Shown piece after piece: positions 49,563 to 62,626 of a stretch of DNA of 64,000 bases. Within the stretch, counting starts at the first letter, position 1; each line of letters starts with the position of its first letter. Source of the DNA: Paragordius varius. Its lineage: Eukaryota; Animalia; Nematomorpha. Under the pieces are notes generated by a model. It saw nothing but the letters and a program-made list of their open reading frames with translations. It made no database searches and was not told the DNA's origin. The position numbers and the translations under genes were made by a program. The DNA is taken from contig OZ176051.1 of assembly GCA_964247055.1 (NCBI GenBank), positions 5,270,001 through 5,334,000 on the forward strand. Reading direction: 5' to 3'.

Positions 49563-52500
49563 GCTGCATACCATCCCAGTGGTTAACCCCCTAACCTACA
49601 CTATAATAAAATATAATTTTTTAAATAGTATTGTTTGATAGAAAAGGTGTTAGATAAACGCAAACTGTTAAAGCATAAACTAAAAATTTTAAGATTAAAA
49701 CGTTATTATGAAGTTGTCCTCCTTCTAATCAAATAAAATAGCTTATAAACACATAGATTAAATTACATTATATTTTATAAATTACCCATTTTATAAAAAT
49801 GTTACTGTAATTTCACAAGATTTAAATTGTAAAATTAAAATTGGATATTTGCCAAAATCAGTATTATTTGTTGTTGACAAAATATTTGGTTTTTATCATA
49901 TTGCATCAAGTATATAACTGATCAAATCATAACTGAGCTAAACCAAAAAGATTAAGTATATATAAAAAAATAGCTAGCTTTTACCATTCCTAATCAAACA
50001 TCTTGTGTCTAATTAATTATCTAAAATAATTAAACCAGATTTAATATATATTAATCATTGTTCGAGACTAATAAATATGTAAAACATCTTGTAATTCGTT
50101 CAGAGGGGCGATAACTTTTAAGTGAAACCATTTAAGTTAATTATAAACATTTGATTTAAATAATAACACTAATTGCGTTGTAACTCCAAATATTTTACTT
50201 TTCAGCTTGGGTTTAAAAGACTAGTGTCCTGAACTTTTTGAAGTTATTTTATTGTTTGTTACTTTTAATATAATAAATAGTTAATTGTTGATATTATTTA
50301 TAAAATTTAAGCCCAATATTCTTTTTTCAATTCGTATACAAGTATAATTTTATAATGTAATTATTTTTAATTCGTATCAAAATAAATACGTTAGTATATT
50401 AAACTTCGATACTTTTAAACAGCCAAAATATAGCTTAGTCTTAAACAAGCGTTTTATCTAACCTATTTTTGTTATACATAAAGGAAGCTGTAGATATTGC
50501 AAATGTTTTGGATATTTGACTTTTCAGCCACTTTTAAAATTTTCAAAAAATTCTGTTAATACATGAACAATTAGTCGTTATCCTAAGAATTTTTTTATAA
50601 AAGTTTTTAAAATTCTACCCTTAAAAAGTAGATAAACTATTTATCGTATTAAAAGTTTTCATGAGTGTTATATATAATATATGTAATTTATAAGACTCAA
50701 AAAAATTATTAAAAGTTGTGTAATGAGCCTTGCGTTTTTATTTATGCTACTAAATTATAAAATAAACATTATGAATTGTATTGATTGGGACAAGACAAAT
50801 TGATAATAACATTTCACTTTGAAAATAGCCTTAATGAGTAAAGATTATTCCTCTAAAGTAAGGTATGATGTGCAATCCAATAGCTATTGATATCAAATAA
50901 AATATTCTTATATATGTACAGAGGAGCGGTTTTACACGAATGGCTTCACTGGCCGCATTTAAATTATAATATATATTTAATTATTTTCAAACATAAGACT
51001 GTAAATTCAAACACAATATCATTTTTTTGTACGTTGGCAATTGGATAGACTTATGCGAAAAATTTCTTTAAGAAATATCAATTTTACTAAAATTTTGTAA
51101 GCATTTTATTTCAAGCTAACCGCGAAAACCGCATGTTGGATACCACCGTTCTAAACATTAGTTTGACCAATGTACGGTTCCTTCGTAGAAACATCTTCAA
51201 AAAATCATAAAGCTAGAAGCTATTTCGTATGTTCGGATATAAAGCGTTTTTGTATTTTAAGATTGTGTAATGATAGGGATAATGGCTTATGTATTTTCCC
51301 TGACTGGGGTCACACAGCAGCAGTACACTGTATTCAGGTATAAAAATTTATTAAAATACAGTTTATATCCCATTTGCACTTACTTGATCCGCATCCTTTA
51401 ACAGTTCAAGTTTTCCTTAAACAAAACTTTGCCAAACACTCATAACCACTTAAATTATGATTTACTTATCTTACAGAATTTTGATTTGAATAATATATTT
51501 AATCATCATCCCTATGAAATATAAATTATTTATGTATAAATGTAGTTGGGTTTTTTAACAATCAAAAATTTATAACATTACTGAAAACAACTATCATTCA
51601 TTGAATATTTTATAAAATATTCTTATAGGAGATGTTTGAACACAATCAAAGACATAAAAATTCTTTGTTATTTATGTAAGCTTATTTAGCTGCATTTTTA
51701 ATCATTTTTAGCCCAAAATCTGATATTCTATCAGCATTAAAGACCAATTTTATTAGAGAGATATATAATTTAAATTACCCCAAACAAATATTCATATCTG
51801 TTATTGTTTGTTAAAATATCTATAATCATAAAATTTAAAGTAACATTAATAATATAAATAGTTTAATATTTATAACAATAAAATTATATTGATAAAAATA
51901 CAAATTGCAAACAAAAAATTTGGACTACCAATCGTTAGGAAAAATAATAATCAATCGGTTTTAGACTTGATGTCTAATTTGAAGTGAAATTATAAATCAA
52001 AGTGGAAACTCTACGCCTTAAAGAAAACTAAAAATATAACCATTTTTCAGTCAAACGCAGCATTTTTTCAAACAAATATAACAACTTTCCAAGCAATCGG
52101 CAGAAAAAAATGTTGCGCTTAATAATTATTAATTTTACTGAAAAATTATATTTGATAAATAGAATATATTATCATAAATTTTTGCAATATGGTGTTAAAA
52201 GTCGCATTTTATTGTGACATATTGTTCCGAGCACAGATTTATGATGGCTAATATGGTTTAAGGTTTTCTAAGAATTACAAATATGTTTTGATTTTTATAC
52301 ATATCAAATAGTTTACTAAAAGTAACAAATATTTTGCACTGAATATGTTTTATTTTAGGAATACCATTTTTAAAATCTAACTATTCGAGCAAAAAACAGA
52401 TTATAACATATCATACAACTCTAGCTCCGCAAAAGTGACTATAGGCATAATTACATAACCAAATGCAAAATTATAATCTCAAAAAAGATATGGGCCTGTT

Positions 52501-54329
52501 TTCACATTTCGCAAAGTAAAAAATTCAATGTGGCTTATACATTCATTGGTTTAAAATAAATTTATATCGGGTAAACAGTTGAAATTTTATTTTATTATAT
52601 AAAATGCATAAAACATTTACGATGCCAAATATATTCAATCCTTAATTTTATCTCCAGAATTAAAGTTCATAAAGACTTAATTTTAAAACGGAGTTTGGAC
52701 GTTAATTTTGTTAAAAAGCAGACTAATCGATTTTTTAATCCTATTAAAACTAACAATACAGATCCAACCATACAGATTTCGAAAAGCATATTAATTCCTA
52801 GCAGTCCAGGATATTAATTAGAATCACATTTTCAACTCAACAATTCCGTCGGGCAGCATTCAAGAAAGATTAACGTATAGATAATATATTGTTTAATTTT
52901 TACATAGACTATAAAAAATACAAACACAATATAACCACCATTTACATTACAGTATGTATTTTAATGGTTGCTTATTTCACACTATAGTTGAACATTTAGC
53001 AACACAGTAGGGTATGGAAACAACAACAAATTGATGCCAAACACACCTTAAAATGATAATTACTCTGCCAATAATATTTTCAATCTATCCAACTAAAAAA
53101 ACAATTTAAAAAAGAAAAATAAATTGCATTTAGCATTTTTGCTAAGATTTTTGAAATAAAATATTTTTCCAAATTATAAAATTGATTTTATTTTGTTTTC
53201 TTAACTGCTTAAGAAATCACGGAGGGCGGCATGTTGTACACCTCTATTATAACATAAAATTATTGGATTCCAAACATTAGTGTAGCTATTCCTGAAAATT
53301 GCAATCCTTGTATTTAATTATACATATATATTAACACTTTATTTTTATTTTTTTTTGAAATTTTCCTCCTTAAACCAGTAAACAAACTAGTGATCTGAAA
53401 GTTGTTTTGGTAAAATCCACTTTTCCTGTATTAGAAAATAAACCTATAATCACAGTTTTATAACCTCTAGATTCTGTAATTCAGATAGTTCACACAATGA
53501 AAACCAGCAGCTTATATTAAAATGGGCTGGTGCAATATAAAAGCTTTCCAAATATTATTGATAATTTCCAACCATAAATACATGTATTTTGTCTGTTGTA
53601 TTCACGATATAAAAAATTAAGGAAAAAATGGCGGCGGAAAAGTTTGAGATGAAGATTTTTCCACTTTTATTTAAAAAAATATATATGCGCCTTAAAAGCC
53701 AAAGAAAGCACATTTTTAAATTTGGCCCAATGCCAAAACTATTTTAATATATTTTAAATTATAATTGGCCCTGGGATATAAAACTACCAAAGTTCATGAA
53801 ATATTGTATCAAATATTGATTCATACAACAAAAAGTTTTTTTTGTATTTCAATATCAATTTGTTTGAAATGAAGACCATTTTTATGTTAGGTGGATAGAT
53901 ATAATACAATTTGAAAACAGTTTGCTTTGGACCTTGAAAATTCACGCACAGTCCATAACTTAAAAATATTGACTTAACCGAATTTATCATGATAAAAATT
54001 GAGCATTTGCAATAAAATACTAGTTTTTACATACTACGTCTTTTATAAAACAAATAAAAAATATTGACTTTGGCAAAAATCCAAATGTCAAGAACATTTT
54101 TGACCGTAAAAATCAAATTATGTCAAATTTAATATTAAATTTGTATAATTTGTTAAATTTTTTTAATACAGCCAAAAATGAAAGAAAATTTTCAGCCTTG
54201 TAAAAACTAAAACCCTTAAATAAACAAAAATATTTTGAACAAATTAAACAAATTTACCAAGTTAATAATTTCTATATAAGGAGGCACATTTTTAATGATT
54301 TATAATTCACTTTTTTCTGATAAAATATC

Positions 54330-54630
54330 ATGAACCACATACTTGTTCTTGCTTCTCTGCTCATTGCTAATGTGCATTTGGTCGATTGTATGATAACAAA
54401 AAACATAGAGATTCAGGTGGGTACATCTGTATATGAAAGAGTTGTCAGTAAATTCAATGGGATGTCCAATGTCACCCTTCGGTTTTCTGGTAAAACTTTC
54501 GAATACACCAACATCACTTATTCAAGCCTGTTAGAAAAAAGTTTTACCGCTAAATATGCTTTGGTTGATGGGATGTATACAGTCCTAATAAATGGAACAA
54601 CAATTACTACCGGGAATATTGCTTTAATAC
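54330..54630 (+). CDS. Secreted orphan glycoprotein, exon 1 of 3; model join(54330..54630,54955..55458,56977..57194), 340 aa
   Basis: Signal-peptide-like MNHILVLASLLIANVHLVDC, beta-strand-like periodicity, donor c|gtaagt (phase 1). Confidence 0.78.
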
Positions 54631-54954
54631 GTAAGTTTATAAAAAACAAATTTATTTTATATAAGATAAGTGTTACAATTTTCCGCGATATTTGTTGGAG
54701 TAAATACAGCAGCTAATCACTTATTTCCCAAATCTTGTTTAAAAAGTGTATATAGAATATATATTCAAATTTTTTTTATATTTATTTATATCCTTTTATT
54801 GCCAAAATGCATATTCAAATTAAATTGGCACATCTTTCAAAAAATCGAATTGGCTTTAAAAATTTGAGCTTGTTTAAAATTGTGTGCTATATGACTAAAA
54901 ATACAACTACTTGACTAAAAATTATATAAAACTTTTAATTTTTTCTCATATTAG

Positions 54955-55458
54955 CTGTAACTGAAAGATACTCTATGTCGCCAGGTGGTAACGTTGATAT
55001 CTCATTCAAGCCTTTTGAATATTATTACTCTGATTGGATAATACAGGCAAAGTATATGGCTAAAGTTATCAACAAAAGTAATAATAAAACCAAAACATAT
55101 GAGCTATCAGCATTTGGATGGGTAATCCCAAGACTATACGGCCTTGATAATTTGGGAACATATGAATTTTACATCAATGGTTCCCTTATAAAAAATATCA
55201 TTTTTTCTTTAAGTCCCGTCACAGCATCTACTTATAATTCTTACAATAAACGCTTCGTTTATAATGACAACTGCTTCGCTCATTTTGAGGACCAATTATT
55301 AATAAACTCATGTCGGTTAGACTTAATCAACGAATTAAATCAAACTGTGCAAACGGGTATCGGAGGAATACAAATTAATCGCACCCTCGCTAAGAGTGAG
55401 AAATTCAGATTATACGCAAACAATGTGTTAATCCGTGAATGGAATATTAATCAAAAAG
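54955..55458 (+). CDS. Secreted orphan glycoprotein, exon 2
   Basis: attag|ct gta act gaa aga tac tct ATG joins exon 1 in frame; ends aaag|gtaagg (phase 1). Confidence 0.78.
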
Positions 55459-56976
55459 GTAAGGAAATATAACTTAATATTTAAATTTAATACATTCCAT
55501 AATTTATATTTTCTCCTCCTAATATTTCCATCAGTCATAAAATCAATTTTATTACATATATCCTTTTATCTAAATTTATTATTTTCATTTTTATTAACAT
55601 TATCGCTTAGATTTAGTCATAACAACCAACCCAAAGGATATGGCCCGAAGCAATGCCAATACTCAATTCGTAAGATTAAGTAAGAAAGCTTTTTCTTACA
55701 AAAATATATATAGCCCACCACGTTTTACTTGATAATTTTTTTGAGCTTTATACAAAATAAGTTTAATTTATCCACATGCAAATAACTTTTAGCGAAAAGT
55801 ACCATAAAATACTATCAATGTGATAGACCTACAAGCTTTTATACCCTCGGTTGGCAAAAGGACAAAACTGAAATCTTGAATTCCCTTTATGAATATGCTA
55901 CCGATATAAGGTCCTTTATGGAAGATAAAAGATTGGTATTAAGCGATCCCTTCTGGTCTATTTCGCACAAAATATTATATTTAATAAAAGGAGACTCCAT
56001 GCACGAAATCACATTACAACCACAAACTTGCCCAAACAGAACGCAAGGTATTATAAAATAAAATATAATAAAATATTTTTTATGCCGGTGGTAACTTAAA
56101 TCTGTTTAAGCTCTCACTCCTAACCTTATTAGACGCCACGGGTGTCTATAAAACGGATGTTTCAACTATTTATTACCGACATTTTGGGCATACACCCTTA
56201 CTCTAGGCGCTTTAGAGAGCTCTTATCCGATTTAATAGAAATTATTTTGTCGGGTTCTTGTCTTTTTTTCAACTAAATATGCGATTCCTGCGGATTAAAA
56301 ACTTTCGTGGAAATATTTCCGGTAAATATATGAGTATAAGTCGATATTTCTAGGTATCTGCTGCAAATTGTTAATAATGATTCAAATATAAATAATTTAT
56401 TTGGATTCGGTCATTTTAGGACACCTTTCGAGATTTAATTTACAAAGCCAAATATGTATAAGTTTTTTTAAGAAAGTGTCAAAGTAGTTTGTTTATTCCA
56501 TATAATTAACATGAAGTTGTTGGCTTTATAGAGCATTTACGTATAGGCCCATTTAAAAATAGAATGGATGTTTTTGCATTTAGTTCGGTGAAAACTATTG
56601 AGCCATCTAGCCCCTGTGTTCAGCGCCATTTAGCGTTTTTAACTTACTTGAATCGATTTTCATAAAAATATAACTTGTTGGACCAAATTATCTAATCTTT
56701 GGAATTAGATATGTGATAAGAAGAGAATGCTTTTAAAATATTGACTTTTGGGTACAGTTCGACCTTATGTATAAACGCTTCCGAAAAATCGAGTTAAGAT
56801 GGGAAAATTGTATCCCCTTTTAATTCATTAAAAACCATCAACTTTTATGACATAGTTAAAAACTATTTAAAAATATAATTCCAAAATCATTTTTTTGATC
56901 ATAAAAATTTTCTTTCCTTGCATATTCTTGCCTAAAATATATTGTTCATTTTAAAGTAAAAAAATTATTTTTCTAG

Positions 56977-57194
56977 ATATTACCTGGGACAATAGGAAAA
57001 GCATCTGGGAACAAATCAAAGGATATCTTCTACCAACTCAGCAAACGACACAAGTTACAATAATTAAACCATCTTTTGGCAAAGGATTTTCTTGTGCACC
57101 TCATCGTTGTATAGGAGATTACTTGAAAGTTGGCGATAAGATACACATTATAAACAACTCATTGCGATTCAATGTGATTAAAGTCATAAATTAG
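56977..57194 (+). CDS. Secreted orphan glycoprotein, exon 3 (terminal)
   Basis: ttctag|(D)ITWDNRKSIWEQIKGYLLP...FSCAPHRCIGDYLKVGDKIHIINNSLRFNVIKVIN*; phase compatible; not in the ORF track. Confidence 0.7.
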
Positions 57195-57270
57195 TTTATT
57201 ATATTACGGTAACAAATAAATCATACAATATATTTATTTATGGATAACTACTTGTGTATCATAGGTGTGA

Positions 57271-57536
57271 AATTATACGGACAAAATATACAAATATAAG
57301 GACAAATATTTTTTTCTAAAAGACAACCCTACTATTTGAAACCTAAATTTTTTTCAACATAAACAACTTCATTACATTTTCAAATGATATAATTGAGTGT
57401 ATTAATAATTTTTATAACCAATACCTACTTTGTATCCAAAACAATAGGTAATATCTAAACAAATTTCATTTGTAAAAATATGATTTTCCATTAGAAAAAA
57501 ATATTAGTCTTTTTTTAACTTTTTGTCCGTATAATT
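57271..57536. mobile_element. Small MITE
   Basis: TIRs aattatacggacaaaa / ttttgtccgtataatt. Confidence 0.65.
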
Positions 57537-58387
57537 ATTTTTACTGTACTTGTGTATCATAGGTGTGAAATTGGGCGGTATCTGTTCGGTTTTCGGTCAT
57601 ATAACTTTAAAGGGTCGATGGTGAGCTTTTAGATATATGAATTAGGCTTAGTCGATATATACATGCAAAATAAAGGAATAAACGGGATAAATCAACTAGC
57701 TCACTATCAATTTTTTTACACTTAATTCTCATAAATCAAAATGGCTAAAGTTTTTAGTTAACAATTAAAGGAAAAAATGGAAGGCACATTTACATCTATT
57801 TGACATATCCTTAACATTTTTTATTTTTAAAAACGTATTTCAGAGTTTACTTCAAAAACTAAGTTTTTGACAAATTTATATATGTAATAATTTTTTATAT
57901 TAGTTCTATTTTTGAGAAAACCGGCAGTGTGCATTCAAAACTATACGGGCTTTTATAAATATTTTATAATATACAGGTTGTAAAAAAATACGGGGACTAT
58001 ATAACTACCACCAATTTTTGCTAGTTAGTTTCCAAAATTCAATAAGAATTAAAAAAAAATTTCTCGTATTGTCCATTTTACTGGGAAAATTTAAGCTTTA
58101 GATTTTAATTCATGATATTCAGGTTTTTCACGGCCATACATATATCCATGCGGACCACCGTCTGCGCTTTGGACTCTGTTCTAAATGTTTAACATGTTTC
58201 AAAGCAAGCCGAAAAACGCTTTATATAAAAAAAGTTTGTTTTTGAAGATCGTTGGCTATAATCCTTCGTATTACATAAAATATATATACATGTATATAAC
58301 CGTAAAAATAGTTGGCTATCATAAAATATTTTTTTAAAAAAAATGGTAAAAGCAGGTTTATTTCAGCCCAAGATTATTGTATTAAAG

Positions 58388-58640
58388 CAGGAGTGGCCAA
58401 CACGCAAATCGCGGTGCGCGGCCCTCCGTGAGTTTATATTCGACCCGCGAAAAATTTGAAATTCATAAATTATAAAAATATGCTCACAAAATCTTTTTAA
58501 ATAGGTCTATCCATTTGGCAAGAACTAAAAAATTGCTATATATTTTTACTTTTTTACGTTTAAAATCTAATAAATTCCTTATGAATACCCATATACATTT
58601 CGATTGCGGCCCGCGAAGCCATTTGTGTTGGACACCCCTA
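58388..58640. mobile_element. hAT-type MITE
   Basis: TIRs caggagtggccaacac / gtgttggacaccccta; flanks tattaaag / atttaaag resemble a decayed 8-bp TSD. Confidence 0.75.
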
Positions 58641-60450
58641 ATTTAAAGACTTAATAATTTTAGAATAATTTGGTAAAAATAACTCTAAAAGATAATGAAG
58701 TATTTAAAAAAAAATTATTATTTATATTAAGATTTGTAAATTGGGCTATTGTATTTTAATTAATATATTTTTTAGTATAGAAAAATTAGCGGCACCAAAT
58801 TATGGAAAAAAATCTTTTTTTAATTATGTTTTTCAAAATCAACTGTTCTTTTATGTTTAGTAGTTGTGACTTTGGTATTATTTTCATTTACTGATAACCC
58901 TATTTGTATGAGCCAGGAATTATATAAACAGTATTTTATGTGCCATTTTTCAAAATAAGATACTATCAAAATAATGTTAACATAAATTAAATAATTTAAA
59001 TAATATTTGGTGTTTTAGTTCCAGAAAAGTCAGAATGATTGTGTCGTTATGTCTGACATACTTTCACGAAAACAATCCTGTTGACTCATTGAATATTTAT
59101 AGGTTATAGTTCAACAGCTTTTATTTCTATTTTAAAATATTTATTAATATATAGATGAATAAATTGTTATTTGTCCTTGTCTAACGGGGAAGCTTTCGGA
59201 TATTACATGGGTAAAGTTGAAATATTTAATTAATACAAAATAAATATGATTGGTGATTTTTTAAATTATCAAGCAAATATATAATTAGGTGTAATTTTAA
59301 AACTTTGTGCGATTTTCAGTTAGTTATTAATTTGTGATTGATAGATTTATCCACAGCTAATTATAATTAATCGATAGGGTTTTTGCCCTGTGAAAAGATA
59401 ATTTAAAAAAAGCTTAAATCCTCCTACTAAAAACATAAAAATATTTCTTGTAAATGTTTTATAATTTTTTGTCACTTAAAATTGAATTATCTGAAATAAG
59501 GCAATTTTCTTTATATAATTAAATAAGTGAGAAGTTACATACCTTTCTGATAAATGTTGAACAAAAGAATAAGTGGGGAAAGTCAAATCATCGGTGGGAA
59601 TGAAATGTAAAAAATATTTCAAATTTATCTAATTTTATGCTTAGATAGGCAAAAAAAGCTACTAATATAATTATATGCTTACAATTGATTTGATTATGAT
59701 TAAATTCAAAATTCGGCGAAATAAGGTTGTTTTGAATACTTATATAACTCATTTTATTTACTGCTCTCTCATTAATAAAAATATATTTTTGCTTATATTT
59801 TCGTTCAATGAATTGCATTAATAGTTAATGTAGTGTATGTTTACTATTCGTTGTTTTTCAGTATCTACCTTTAAAATAAGGCTGTAAAAATGATATCAGT
59901 ATTTTTATAAGACTTTTTTAGGGTTCCGAAATTCATGTTTTTTAACGTTATTTAGATCCCGGCTCAATCCAAAAAGGGGATTTTAAGAGAAATAGTGATG
60001 GTTTCAAACATCCTTTTTTGTTGCACACATTTTAGGTCCGCCGTGTATTTTGAAAAGCTTTTGATTCCAATTTGGCTCCAATAATTATAATTTTTTAGTT
60101 TCTCAAACGTAATTAATAGTATAATATATAAAATTAATAAAATAATAGGCTATTCCCGCATTCTAAAAATATAGTTGATAAAAACAATATTAATGCGTAG
60201 TGTAATGTTATTACATTTAAATTTAAACTCTACATGTATTACTTAAAATTAGAAATCTAATATTAAATGCGGATATCCCTCCTACCCCTGATTCAAATTA
60301 CCATAATTTATTGCAATGAATATGTTAAATTTATATGTTACGGAGGTTGCCAAATTTCATAAAAAAAAGTAAATAATACTAATACCAATTTATTCGATTT
60401 ATAATATTCCTTACGAGCCCAATAAAGAATTATATAGTCTATTAGGTTTA

Positions 60451-60690
60451 TTACATATTATGTTTTTTTGCAATGGAACTAACTTCACTGGATGTTAGTG
60501 AATAACGGTTACAATATATAACATTGCTATTGGCATCAATATGCATAGCTTTGCATCCAATATCATCATTGCAGTAATATGGAGAGCAATCAACGTTATC
60601 GTACCCAGGGCAATGGTGAAGGGCACACGGATCGCATATCATTTTATAACCACGTCCTGGCCCACAACTTATGGCGTCCGAAACGTTAAA
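60451..60690 (-). CDS. Probable terminal exon of a small Cys-rich (8 Cys) extracellular protein; upstream exon(s) not identified
   Basis: ttatttgttag|FNVSDAISCGPGRGYKMICDPCALHHCPGYDNVDCSPYYCNDDIGCKAMHIDANSNVIYCNRY...*; locally higher GC than the flanks. Confidence 0.5.
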   Translation of the reverse strand, partial: FNVSDAISCGPGRGYKMICDPCALHHCPGYDNVDCSPYYCNDDIGCKAMHIDANSNVIYCNRYSLTSSEVSSIAKKHNM

Positions 60691-62626
60691 CTAACAAATA
60701 AGATTGTGAAATGTTTGTTGTATGGACAAAATGTAATAACTTAAGGACACAACAATGTTTGTCAACTTTGATTTTTTGAAATATATAACCTATGGTTTTA
60801 GGTTGTCGCAAAATAACGAAAAGATGTGTAAATTAGTAACACTCACAAAATTACATATTCCAAAAATGTAAAAATATAGTTTATGTGGGAAATACCAAAA
60901 TTTAAAAAGCAACGTTGGTTCAAAAATATTTGTAAAGTATTTTTTACATTTTGTCTGCTTAATTTCAATTTTTACTAAATATGATGTATGTACATGATAC
61001 CTTATAAATATAAAATAGTAAAAAATAGTTGATATGGGACCGACCTGTTTTTCAGACGGCCTTGCGTGGTTACTATATGCACTAAAAGATGATAATTATT
61101 ATTGTTACTTTAAATAGCCATTACATATATAATTTTATATATACAGTAAAAATTGAAATTACACAGACAAAACATAAAAATCAAAAGTTAAATATAAATT
61201 TTTAAAAACCATATATCTTGAACTGTAGTTTTTTTTAATATAACTCATTTTTTAAGGTTGCAAAAGTGAATTTAAAGAAGTAAATTGTTTATATACTAAC
61301 TTATCCGATATTGTATTTAATTTAAATACGTGTGGGAAAGTATAAAAAAAGCAACGGTCTCATGAAAAAATATATTTGTCTTTATGGTTTTACGAGTTGT
61401 CTGTATAATTTTAATTTTTAATATATAATCGATTTAAATTACCATATAATCATTAGGATACAAGATATGAATAACGGTTGAGACATTATGATAAACTTAA
61501 AATTGATAAAAAATACTAAAAATCGGTTATATGGGGGGTTAAGATTTTTACAACAGTATATCAAATATAAATTTTATGGTCCGTATACAAAAAAGGGATA
61601 AGATCAATATTGACATATGAACGAAGCGTTATAAGTCCCAAATGCAATCTTTTATCATTTATAAAAAAATATCGGAGGCAATTAATAAAATGAGTATTAT
61701 TATATATAGCTCTTAACATTATACCCACGATATGCATATTACGTCCTTAACCTATTTAAACAAGTTAGATACTCTACGTTTTTTGTGTGTTTAATGCTTT
61801 TTACTTTCAGCAGTTGTTTTCTAATCGAATACTTACTTATGTAACATTTTATTACAATTTTTAGGACAAGAAATCTAAACTTAGAAATTTAAATGTTAAA
61901 ATATAATTTTTTTATCTGTTTTTCGTTACCACATAATAAAATATTGAGTGAAATGATTGAAAAATCTCAAATTTTTACTATTTTTTACGCATTTTTTAAA
62001 TCAATAGTTTTAAGTGAATAAAAATATTTTTTAATATTGATATATTGAGACCATTTTTTGACCATATTTTAGAAAAGAAAAACAAGTTAGCATATCATCA
62101 ATTCTTTTTAAAAATTGAAATTTTGTTTGGAAAAAATAAAACTATATAAAAATAACTTATTTTGGAGGTGGAACCGGAATCGAACCGGTTCCCAAACGAT
62201 TGGAAAAGGAGCCTAGCTAGTTTAAAAAAATTAAAAAATTGAGCTTTGTTGGTTTAGTTCATGTTCGACCCTGAGTTTGTACATGCGAACATACGAAAAA
62301 TTAAAGACAGAAATATACAAATATGTGATACAGAGATTATGTGAAATCCAAATATGTTGAGATTTTTAGCACGTGTCATTCAGATTATCATCAGTCGTAA
62401 TGGACATGAGTTAACAAAGTAGTTGGGACACTCTAAGTCCGGGATGAACAACTAATTTTAACAAATTTTGATTAAATATTGTAACGCCTTATAATGCTTA
62501 AGGATTAGTTTTAAAATATAATGCGAATCTAAACATTTTAAAAAGCAAGGTTCATCTCTTTATAAGTTAGATATCTGATAAGAGGAAAAAAGTGAATATG
62601 TATTTGAGGTCAAATTCAAGGTGTAA

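Noticed and set aside
46950-54300. Search for exons or RNA genes in the long AT-rich stretch, including ORF 53784-53990
   Set aside because: Only MITE fragments were seen; no splice-compatible coding frames or structured RNA that I can support.
62260-62420. Possible Tc1/mariner transposase C-terminus (KLKTEI..FLARVIQII..NGHE)
   Set aside because: Too short and degenerate, with no TIR or DDD/E context, to call.
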